Source of the DNA: Cyanophora paradoxa CCMP329
Taxonomy: Eukaryota; Plantae; Glaucophyta
Direction: 5' to 3'
Length of the DNA stretch: 64,000 nt
NCBI GenBank assembly: GCA_004431415.1
Contig: QPMI01000513.1
Location: 124,001 to 188,000, forward strand
The position numbers were made by a program, and so were the translations under genes. Every line of letters starts with the position of its first letter. Position 1 is the stretch's first letter. This document shows positions 1 through 11,100 of this stretch, in pieces. The notes below the pieces were generated by a model. The model saw nothing but the letters and a program-made list of their open reading frames with translations, had not been told where the DNA came from and searched no databases.

Positions 1-1679
1 TTAAGCTTCTTGCAATTGTTCATGATCAGTGCCGCAATGTATTGCCAGGCTAGATAGCTGGCAAGGTGGTGTATTGGGGGTACAGGCAGACTGAGGTACA
101 GGGGTACAAAGCTACAGGGACTTGGACAGTATATCACTGCTGCAGAATGCTTCTTGGACAGTACGTTCAAGCTTCTTGCCCGCTTTCCTGCTAAGAATTG
201 CCCTTGCTTTGCCAGCCATGGCCAGTATTTAGCACCAAAACTCGATGTTTGATGACAGATCTAGAACATAAATGATCAAACCTTTGAAATACATTGCATG
301 TGCTTCTTTTGTTTTGTTTTGCGATCACTTGTTGTTCATCTTCCTGGCTAAAGCTATAGCTAAGAATATCAAATCGCCCTTTAATTTCTTTGCCAGCCAA
401 GAATTAAACACCAATTGCAAAGCACTATGTTTCATGACAAACCATAAATGATGAAGCCTAGCTTTGGACTACATTGCATCTCGTGCATTGTTTCCTGATT
501 ACATGATCAGTGTTTAATTTCTACATCTTTCATGCACTCAGATCTGTTCTGTTCTTTATGTTCAGTGCTTCAGCTTCTTCTGTTCTGTCTTCACAACTTT
601 AGTACTTCATTCTCATTCTTTGTTCAATTAATACGTAGTAGTAGTAGTAGTAGCGGGCCGTCACGGGGATTCAGGCCCTTCCTATGTGGCGCCGTCGGGT
701 GTCCACATAGGGTGCCCTATTTCCTTGCTGGCGCCCTGGGGGTGGTGGCCCAGGGTCCTGTATGCGGCTCCACTCACTCCCCATGCTAGTGGGTCCCTGA
801 CGGGCCTTGCACGTCCCATTCGGGGCCTCTGCGGCTTTGTCATACCCAGTCTTGCTGGCATGGATGTGTCTACTGCATTTCTCTCTCTCTTTTTTTTTTT
901 AGTAGTAGTAGTATGTAGAAGAAGAATAGCCCACAAGAAATCAAAGATTCCTAAATAACACTGGGGGGGTGCGGGGGGGCAGAGCCCCCCTGCTTGTAGA
1001 TTTAATTTGATCCGACTCGGTGACCCCGAACTTCATCGATTTCATAATCAGGGCCTGGCCATCACGGCATGGCAATCTAATAGCGTGTCCATTGTGCACG
1101 CACAAGCATTCCATGATATGTCAATAGTATTTTCCTATACGATCTCCGGTATCTCATTGATCTAATCGGTTTTCCTATACGATCTCCGGATCTCGAGCTC
1201 CTATCCGATCTTCCTATGTACCATATATTGAAAATTTGATCCGACTCGGTGACCGGGTCCTTCGGACCCCGAAGTCGATCGATGTCAGGGGCTGGTCACG
1301 GGTCATGATATCGATATCGAAATCCGATGACTCGATGATGATCAGTGACTCGGCAACGTGCACGTACACGTACAATTGCAACTGGCACCAGCCCAGCGCT
1401 AGCCTTGTCTAGGTGAAATCGGCGCCAGCCTAAAGCGCTAGCTAGTCGGGAAGAAATGGAGTGAGGTTTCGAAAATCGATTTCGATCAAAATTCACGCAG
1501 CAAGTGGCCATCCGGCCAGGAAAGACAAACCGGCAACTAGCTGAAGATGCCCTGTCTACTTCAAACAATTACAGCAAGCGCTGCCCGCAGTTGTGCAGCG
1601 CCGTGGAAAACTGGCCGGCGCCCCGCGGCAAGGCCGAAGGGCGCGCAGAGTGGCCGCCAAATCAAAGCGAGCAGGCCGC

Positions 1680-2702
1680 TTATGTCGAGAAGTTCTTGGA
1701 GCCGAACACGCCGGACTCCTGGCGCACCTCCTCCGGGACCTGGCGGAGGCACACCGAGTTGGGGCGAGCGAGGCGCGGCGGGACGCGAGGGGCGGCGGGC
1801 GAGGGCCCTGCCTTGGTCATGATGTAGTCGAACACCTCCTTCCAGTTCGGAACGGCGCGGAGCTCAATCTTGCCGCCGCCCCGCACGCAGACGACCATGT
1901 CCGCGCAGGAGCCCAGCGCCTGGACCGAATGTCGTGAGCAGCGCCGGGATGCGGGGCGGGGCAACACGGGCAGCACCTTCTGCACGTAGCGGATGTTCTC
2001 GATGTTGGGGTAGCTAACGTCGAAGCGGTCCTTGCCCTGGAAGCCGCTGACGACGGTCACGCGCCGGTTGGTGATCTTGTACCGGACCTGAGAGCACAAG
2101 ACCGGTCAGCGGTAGGGAAGAAGGAGCCAAAAGGAACAATGCAATCAAGCTAAGGAATAGACGCCGCATAAACGGGCGGGGGACTCGAATGGCGCACCCA
2201 GAGCTGACGAGAGATGGCACCGATCAAAAGCGGGGCGCCGATGATGGAGAGCGTCGCGAAGCTGGCGCCGACAATCTCGCTGAAGTGCGGCTTCAGCTCA
2301 TACACCGTCTCCTCCTCCGGGCTCGGCGGCACCGCAAGGATCTTCTCTGCGCGCGGTCGTGCACGCGGCACGGGCGTCGGACCTCGGCGAGCGGGCGGGC
2401 GTTGGCTATAAGATCAGAACAAGCTCACCGCGAGCGGCGCTGGCGTCCTTCTTCGGCTTCTTCTTGCCGGCGTCGCAGACCACCTCGAAGGCACGAGACG
2501 CCTCGAACGAGCGGCTGGTGGAGGCCTCGAACTGGCGGACACCAGCGACGCGGCGGAAGCCGCTGTACTCCGGGAAGGACTCCGCGTGGGACGGGACGCC
2601 CGCCGAGGTTCCACGTGCGGCCGGCTGGGTGCGCGAGGATGATGCGACGACAGGCGCAATCTGGGTCGAGGGTGACAGCGCAAGGGCCGGAACGAACGCC
2701 AT
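1680..2702 (-). CDS. Plastid-targeted PH-domain (bPH_2) protein of cyanobacterial type, multi-exon
   Basis: Transit-peptide-like start MAFVPALALS. Exon peptides ...LLIGAISRQLW/VRYKITNRRVTVVSG...DMVVCVRGGGKIELRAVPNWKEVFDYI resemble cyanobacterial bPH_2 proteins. Confidence 0.7.
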
Positions 2703-2789
2703 CTGTGCGAAGGAGAAAGCCGCCGAACTTGCACGACTCTGGGGGTACGAGTGTCAAGTCTAACTGCCGGCTTCCATTCCAACTTGGCA

Positions 2790-4192
2790 ATGGCGAAGAC
2801 CTGCGTGATCACCGGCGCGAACCGCGGCATCGGGCACTCGTTCGCCAAGGCATTCCGCAAGCTCGGTGCGCCGGCGGCTGCGCACCGACCGACGCGCGCG
2901 CTCACGCACGCACGCGCGCGACAGGCTACGAGGTCATCGGCACCGCGCGCAAGTCGTCTGACTTCGCCGCGGTGCGCGTGAGAGGGACAGCGCCGCCGAA
3001 AGCGGGTCGACGCTTGCTGTGGCGGCTGTTTAGATCAGAGCTGCCGCTCAGCTTCTATGCCGCCGTGTCTGACGCACCGCCGCGCCGCAGCTCCACGAGA
3101 TCGGCGCGAAGGCCTATGAACTGGACGTGACCAGCGAGGCGTCGGTGAACAAGTTCAAGGCCGCCATCGGCGATGTCCCAATCAGCCTGCTCATCTGCAA
3201 TGCAGTGCGTGGGCCCGGGCCCGCGCTGCGCTGCCTCTAAATCTCGCGCGCGCTGACGCTCGTCGACGCCCCGACGCGTGTGCAGGGCCTCCTGATCAAG
3301 GACGTGCGTCGTTTGTGCCGCGCGCCGCGCCGCGTGCTTCCGAGCGGCGGCCGCGTGCGTAGACCCCGCCGCCGCGCAGGACCTCGGGAAGACGAGCGCG
3401 GAGTCGATGGCCGCCCAGTTCGCGACGAACGCCATCGGGTGCGGCCGGCCGCGAAGGCGGGAGCTCGAGAGGATCTAGGGCCGCCGCCGACCGCGCGGGC
3501 GGGCGGGCGGGCGGGCGCTGAGGGCCCGGCGTGCGCAGGCCGATGCTGGTGGCCCAGGCGCTCCTCCCCAACCTGAAGGCTGCCGAGAAGGTGCCGCGCC
3601 CCGCCGCCGCCCGGCGCCCTCACGCGCCTGACGCGCGCCCGGCAGGCCCGCGTCGTGCACATGACGTCGCGCATGGGTGCGGCCCGCTGCGCCCGCCCCG
3701 TCGAGCAGCCGGGCCGTCGAACCCCCGCAGGGAGTATGGATGACAATTCGAGCGGGGGCTACTACGGGTACCGCGCCTCGAAGGCCGCCCTCAACGCCGT
3801 CGTCAAGAGCATGGCCGTCGACCTGAAGGAGGCCCGCCTCGCCCCGCCCCGCGCCTCAGGGCCTCCCCGCACCCCTGATCGCGCCGTGCCCCTCAGGCCG
3901 GCATCCCAGTGATCGCGCTGCACCCGGGCTTCGTCTCGACGGCCATGGTGGAGTTCAAGGGACAGATTGAGCCTGGCGCGTGTACCCCCTGAAAAATGGC
4001 TCTTGCCCCCTTCTGTGACTGAACTCGCTCGAGATCAGACGCGGCGGTGGAGAAGATGGTGCCCGTCATTGAGGCCCTCGACATCAACCGCACCGGGAAG
4101 TTCATCCACGGTACCCCGTACCCCCCGCTGCCCCAGCCCGTACCCCCCTCAGACCGCCCGCAGGCCTCCAGAACGAGGAGCTGCCGTGGTAG
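2790..4192 (+). CDS. Short-chain dehydrogenase/reductase (CsgA-like), multi-exon
   Basis: [15 protein letters not shown] (TGxxxGIG), catalytic YRASK, ALHPGFV, ends ELPW*. Confidence 0.9.
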
Positions 4193-4265
4193 ACGCCAGC
4201 GGCCCGCCAGTTTTAAATAGGAGTACTGTAATAACGTAAACCCGAAAGCAAAGAGCGAGCGCAAG

Positions 4266-5410
4266 CTATCGCCTGAGCTTGTAGAGGGTGCCGCGGGTCG
4301 TCTCGGCGGCCTCCAGGCGGCCGGCGCCGAGCATGTCGCGCACGTGAAAGCGCGACCCCAGCGGGCTGCTCTTCAGCTTGACGCGCTCCACTTCCTGCCG
4401 GGCGCGGCGCCCCGAGCGGGGCCGGCGGCGTCAGCGCGGGGCGGCGCAGGAGCGAGGGGGGGCCAGGGGGCCGGGGCGCGCCTTGGCGAGCTTCTGGCCG
4501 AACTTGGCCCGCCGGAAGACTGCCGCCAGCTCCTCCCGGCCCCGCACGACCCCCGCGAGCGCCGGCCCCGCCTGCGAGGCGTGAGGTCCAGGCGGCGCAG
4601 AGCGCGGGTTAGGCTGGGGCACCTGGGGGACGGCGAAGCGGTAGGTGCCCATGGACTGCAGCTCGACGCTGTCGCGCACGAGCAGGCCGGCGACCACCAG
4701 GCGCCTGCGGGGCGCGTGGGGTTCGCTCGCTGCGGGAGGAGAGCGTGCGGGGGCGCACGTCACCGCCGCCTCGACCTCCGCCTGCTCCGTGTCCCGCACA
4801 TCCATTTCGAGGCCCTTGGCGAGCTCCGTCCACGACACGACGCACGCGCCCCCGCGGCAGCCGTCCAGCGCGAACCGAGCGAACCGCTCTGAGATTTGAT
4901 CGAGGTCAGCGACGCGTCTCCGCGGCGTCTTGTACACGCATGGCGCACCGAAGAGCGCTCGGTATTCCTCAGGCGCAGTGGCTGCGGCGGCCTCCACGGC
5001 GGCGCGGTAGCGCGAGCAATCCACGATTGCGAAGTCCTCCTTGGCGGGAAGCTTGAGCACGCGGAAGACACCGCGCGCGGCGAGGTCGTCCAGCGTCCTG
5101 TCTACTTCCGTGCGGTCGTGCACGATGGAATACACCTGCGCGTCGCTCACAACTGCGAAACCGCGTAAAACGAGGCGCGCTCACCTGGCTCTTCAGGCAG
5201 AAAGGGCAGGGAAGCGGAAGCGCCCGCTCGGCTTCATTCAAACACAGGCGCACGGCCGCCTCGGTGTCGCTGATTGCCGCCGCCTCGAGGACCGCCGCAT
5301 CTGCTCAACGCGTTCAGCCTGCCGCGGGCGCTCGCGGCACTCCAGTGACTCGCACCTGCTGTGTGATCCTCGCCGATCAGCGTGCGCTGGCGCTTTGCCG
5401 GCCGGGCCAT
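4266..5410 (-). CDS. STK19-like winged-helix protein, multi-exon
   Basis: Exon peptides SQVYSIVHDRTEVDRTLDDL, LVVAGLLVR, YRFAVP, VRGREEL, SPLGSRFHVRDMLGAGRLEAAETTRG fit the STK19 family pattern. Start codon inferred. Confidence 0.65.
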
Positions 5411-5459
5411 GGCTTCACTAGTACCGGTACCGGATCAATTCGGCCCAACTTTGAGCACC

Positions 5460-7908
5460 ATGGCAGACGCGTCTGCCTTCGTCTGCCACAGCGCCTTCCT
5501 GGGAGTACGTCTCAACAGGCCGAGCACATCCGCGCCACTCCAGCCGGCAGCCGCTGGATCGACGCGCCGTCGGCGGCAGCCCGTGCGTGCGCAGGCGGCC
5601 AGCGGCTCCCCGGAGGAGCTCGAGGATTCGACCCGTCGCCCTGCCGTCGGACGGCGGAGAGCGCTGGCCGCGCTCGGGGCGGCGGCGCTCGCGCCGAGCC
5701 TAGGCCTCGTTCAGCCCGGCCCCGCCCTCGCCGGCGCCAAGGGCGGCCTTCCCGGCGTGGAGCGCATCGAGCTCGCGAGCGGGCTGGAAATCAGCCGCGT
5801 GCTGAAAGGATGCTGGCAGGCAAGAGCGGGGGCCGCGCCCCGGCCCGCCGGCGCCCCGCCTGGCCTCACGCCCGTGCACGAACGCAGCTCTCGGGCGGGC
5901 ACGGCCGCGTGAGCCGCGGAGATGCGCTGAAAGACTTCGAGGAGTTCCGCAAGGCCGGCATAACGACGTTCGACACGGTGCGCCTCGGCCCGCCGCGCCC
6001 CGGCCCGCCCCGGCCCCGCCCGTCATGCCCGCCGGCAGGCTGACCACTACGGCCCCTCTGAAGAGCTTATCGGCGACTTCCTCGAGTGCGCGGGGCGCCC
6101 CCCGGCGCCGGCCCCCGCGGCGCCGGCCCCCCGCGGCGCCCCGCCCCGGCCCCCGCCGGCCCCCGCGGGGTGCGCCGCACGGTGCTGACCTGCCCGCTGC
6201 AGGCGCCTGAAGCCCGCGGACCGCGCCGGCGTCCAGGTTCTCACCAAGCTGTGCTACTTTGGGCCGGAGATGGCGTTCAACGCCGTCCCGCACGGCCTGC
6301 CACCGCCCCGCACGCGAAACTTTGAATCCGAATGGTTTGATCCGGCGCGCAGCGTACCAGACGGTGCAGCGGAGCGTTAAGCGGCTGCGCGTGCCGGGCC
6401 CGGTCGACGCGGTCCAGTTCTACTGGGGCGACTACGACGTCGGCAGCTACCTCGACGCCGCCCGCGCCCTCGCCGACATGCGCGAGAAGGCCCGCCCCGC
6501 ACCGCGCCCCCGCCTCTTCGCCCGCGTACCCCGAAGTCGACGCGCCCCCCCGCAGGGCGCAATAAGGCACATCGGCGCGACGAACTTCGACACGCCGCGG
6601 CTCGAGTCGATGCTCGACGCCGGCGTACCCCTCGTCTCGCACCAGGCGCCGCCCCGTACCCCCTCCGGATCGGGCGCCCCCCGGCCGGCTCGAACCCCGG
6701 CGCCTTGCAGGTCCAAGTCTCGGTGCTGGACCGCCGCGTCCACTCGGGCCCCATGGCCGCGTGCGCGCCCCAGCCCGCCCCTTCGGCTCCCCCTGGTCTC
6801 ACGCGGCGAGCCCCCCGCAGCTTCTGCCAGGAAAGGGGGGTACAGCTCCTCGCGTACGGCGTCCTCGCCGGCGGGTTCCTGAGCGACAAGTCCGCCCCGC
6901 ATCACCCCCGCCTGCTCCGGCCGGATCCGTGTCCCCCAGACTCACGCTCCTCGGCGGCGGGGCAGGTACCTCGGGGCGCGGGAGCCGGAGCGGGCGCAGC
7001 TGGACACCTTCTCGAAGATGAAGTACTTCTCGGTGCGCCCGCCCGCCCGCACACCCCGCCAGGCCCCGCGGCGCCGCCCGCGGCGGTCTAGTCGAGTCCT
7101 CCCCGCCAGCGCAACTCCCTCTTCGCGCGCATCCGATCCACGAGGCCTGACGGGCGCCGCCGCGCCCGCGCAGGTCATCCGCAAGTGCGGCGGCTGGGGC
7201 CGGTGGGCGCCGCTCCCTCCCCCCTTCCCCCAACCCTCTCCTTCCCCCCCCCCCCCCCCCCTCGCCTCCCTCTCCCCTCCTCCCAGCCGCCTCGGCGCCC
7301 GCCTCCTCTCCCTCCCCTAAAACGTTTCTTCTTCCCCTGAACGCCCCGCCCCGCCCCGGGCCGGGCCGGGCAGGCTGCAGGAGGTCCTCCGCGCCCTCCG
7401 CGCCGTCGGCGACCGCCACGGTGCGCGCACCCCGGGCCCCCGGCCGCCTCGTGCGGCCGACCCGCGTGCCCCGCAGGCCAGAGCGTCTCGAACGTCGCCT
7501 GCCGGTGCGCCTCCGCCGCCCTTCTCCCATTTCACGCTGCCTTCTGCTGACCGTCCCGTCGTTCCCAGATACGCCCTGCAGCAGCCAGGGGTGCGCCCTC
7601 GCACACCGGGCCTCTCGCCGCCGCAGCGGACGAGCGGCTAGGTCTTACCCACGTACCCCGTACGCCACTCCCTCCCCCGCCGGCAGGTCGCCGGCATTAT
7701 CCTCGGGGCGCGCAACGCGAGCCACGTGCGCGCTCTGGTCTCCTGACGTCTTCAGTCCGTTTGAATTTAATGGAGGGCCGGCCAGGTGGAGGAGCACCGC
7801 GCGCTCTTCGGCTTCGACCTCTCCCCGGGCGACCTGGAGGAGATCGAGGCGGCCGCGCCCCCGACCCTCCCCGGCGACTTCTACGACTGGGAGCGCGGCC
7901 GCGCGTGA
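5460..7908 (+). CDS. Aldo-keto reductase with plastid transit peptide and RR (Tat-like) signal, multi-exon
   Basis: MADASAFV...FLG transit peptide; GRRRALAALG...PALA; ISRVLKGCWQLSGGH, FDTADHYG, IRHIGATNFD, LLAYGVLAGGFLSDK; ends GDFYDWERGRA*. Confidence 0.85.
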
Positions 7909-8121
7909 CCTCGTCGGCCGGCTGCCGCAGTTCAAGAACGGACGATTCAGACTCGGCTGGCGCGAGCTTGCAATTGTGCGGAGAGGGCTGGCAGGCCGGC
8001 GGCCAAAGGTCTCCAGGCCGCGGCGCTAGCAGCGCAATTCACTGTGCATGTACATGTATTGCTCGAGGGGCGCGAGTTTAATGGAGGCGTCGGGGTGCGG
8101 TTGGAAGGGCCGGCGGGGGCC

Positions 8122-11100
8122 CTAGGCGGCGATGCGGAGGCCCTCCGGGGTGGAGGCCGACTTGGTGAGGGAGCCCTGCGGGGCCGGCTCTAGGGCGCGC
8201 CGGCCCTCCCCCACGCCGGCCCCCAGCTTGCTGCCCGGCCAGAGCGGCGCCGTGGGGACGCCCTCGCGGTTCCAGCGGTACTGCGAGAGCGCCTGCGGGG
8301 GCGGAGCTGAGCTCGAGGAAGCGAAGAGAAGCGAGAAGGCGAGAGCTCGAGGGGAAAGAAGGGGCGGGCCTGGAGGCGGCCGGAGGAGGCGTCGGCCTGC
8401 GGGGAGGCGGGTCAGAGGGCGAGCCATCGGAAGCAACAGCAGAGGGCCGGGGAGGGGCCCGGGCGGACGAGCATGGTGACGGTGCGGACGACCTCGCGCA
8501 CGGAGGGCACGAAGAAGTGCGCCCCGCTCACCTGCCCCGCCAGCCCCGCCCCCGTCAGCACCTCGGATCAGCAGCTCGGGTGGGCGACGAGGCGGGGCGG
8601 GGCGGGGCGGGGCGGGGCGCGCGCCTTCTGCTTGACGACGACGGTGAAGACGCCGGCGCCGGCGCACGGGTGCGACGCGGGCTCCGGAGGCACCTTGTTC
8701 TCCTCCGCGTCGCTGTTCCCCGCGCCCTCGGCCGCACCCTCTGGGATCGTCGCGGGGATGATGCCCATCGTCTTTGCGGCGCGCCCCGGCCCGCCCGCCG
8801 GGGCCGTCGATGCGGCCGGCTCCTCGCCAGCGGGGGCGGCGGGGGCCGGGGCGGGGGCCGGGGCGGGGTGGGCGTGGGCCTCGAGGGGCCGCCCCGCCAG
8901 CGCCGCAAACATGTCCTCGTCTGCAGCGGGGCGGGGCAGCTCAGCCAGAGCGAGGCAGACCCCACTAGAAGGAAGCTAGCTTCCACAGCGCTTCTGGGGC
9001 GCGAGAGCTCCCAGAAAAGGGCGACTCGAAGCTTATGACTGAAGCTCCTAGAACGAGGGGCGGGGGCGGGGGCGGGGGCGTACCGGTGCGGTCGTCGCCG
9101 ATGGCGAGGACGAAGTCGACGGGGGGCTCCTCCCCCGCCGCCCCCCGCCGCCCCTCCACCTGCCCCCCCCCCGCCCGAGTCAGACGAGCCGACTTGCAAT
9201 CGAAGGCGCGCGCGGGAGAGGCCGGCACGCCTGCAGGATGCGCAGCAGCATGTTGCCTGCCCCCCCGCGCATGCGTGCGAGACCCCGTCAGCGACCCAGG
9301 CGACGCGCGGGGGCGCCGGCTTGGACGCGCGGGGGCGCCGGCTTGGCCGCGCGGCGCGCCCTTGTTGATGCCCATGAGGCTACGCGGGGCGGCGGTCAGC
9401 GCCCCGCACGCAGCGGCCGCGGGAGAGGGAGAGCGGCGCGGGCGGACCGGACTTCGACGGTCATGTTCCCGAGGAGGACCTGCCGCCCCGCACCGCCCCG
9501 CAGCCGTCAGCCCCGGGGGAAGGGCGGAGGCGGGGGCCTAGGCCTGCTAGCGCCGGGGGCGCGCCTCGACGGGCATGTTGCGGAGGGCGTTCACGAGCTG
9601 CAGCTGCGGGCCGCCTCAGCCGGCGGGGCGCGCGGGCTCGGGGCGGGGCGCACGTGGAGCTCCTTGGCCTGCCAGTCGCCGTACTGCGCCTCGGCGTCGC
9701 GGTAGTGCCAGGTGATCCCCCCCTCCTTCACCTGTATGCCCGCCCCCGCTGAGCGGCCCCGCGCGGGGCCGGGGCGCTTAAGCGTAAGCTTAAGCTTGCA
9801 GGGCGGGCCTCGATGAAGGAGCCCGGGGTGCGCTCGGTGCGGTACTCGAAGATGGGGAGCACGGCGTCGCGCCACGTCGGCGACGCCGCCCCCGCCGCCG
9901 GCAGCAGCTGCCAGTCGTCCTGCCCGCCCAGCCCCGAGCGGCGTCACGCGGAGGGCGCGGTTTAGAGCGGCGGGGCCCGGCCCGGGCCGCGGGGCCGCAC
10001 CGTGAGGAGCATCTCGCGGCTGACCTGCCCGCCCACTCCGCCCCCGAGGCCCCCCGGCACCTGCCCGCGCCGCCTCTCATCGGAGGGAGGGCGGGATGCG
10101 GAGGGCGGGGCGGGGCGGCGGGGCGGGCCTGGCCGCGGCGGGGCCAGCGGTAGAGGAGGCCGTGCTCGGCGGCGAGGCCGACCCCTGCGCCCGCGCCCCC
10201 CGCTTCGCTGTCGAAGGAGGCGGGCAGGCGCTCGCCCGCGCACCCGGGATGTCCCCGAAGCAGTCGGTCTGCGGCCGCCGCGCGTCGGCGCCGGTGGGGG
10301 GCGGGGCGGCGGAGCGGCGGGGCCGGGGGCGGGGGCGGGCGGACGAGGAACTTGCGGTTGCGGCCGGAGACGACGAAGAGGACGTTTCGCGGGTCCGCCC
10401 CGAGCCGCGCCAGCGTCGAGAGCACCTGGCGGGGGCGCTGAGGAGGGGCGGCGCGCCGGCGCCCCGAGTGCGATAGAGGTTGCCTCGGATGGTTCTCGTG
10501 GGTGGTTCTAGAGCATGCAAACAGAGCACGGGCGGGGGCCGGGGCGGGGGCGGCACCTGGGGCGAGGGGAGTGCGAGCTCGGGCTGCGAGCGGTGGGGCA
10601 CGAGGGTGCCTGCAACCCCCCCCGGCTCAGGGGCGCCCCGGCCACCGTCGGGCGGGGCGGGACCGTCGTAGTCGAGGCAGATGATGCGCTTGCGGGCGGC
10701 GCGGTAGCACTCGAGCAGCCGCGCCGGCTCCAGCAGCGTCGGCAGCCCGCCACTCTCCTGCCCCCGGCCCGCCGCCTCGCGCCCCGGAGGGCGGGGCGGG
10801 GCGGGGGCGGGGGGCGGACTTGGCGGGCGCGGGCGGCGTCGCAGACGGTCTGGCGAGCGGGGGCGGGTGAGAGGCGGGGGGAGGGGCGGCGGGACCGGGG
10901 GACCTGGAGCTCCTTGAGGAAGGACTCGCCCCAGTAGGACGACGAGCTGCCCGCAGGCGGGGGTGAGCGCCGGGGGAGGGAGGAGGGGCAGGGGGCGGGC
11001 GAGGGGGCCCACTGCGCGATGACATAGCTGCGCGGCGCGGCGATCGGGAGTCAGACTCGCCAAGTCGGCGGCCCGGACACCGGCGCCGGCGCAGGGGCGT

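Noticed and set aside
636-912. AGTAGT tracts as Polinton termini
   Set aside because: Both tracts are in direct orientation with no viral genes adjacent; they look like simple microsatellites.
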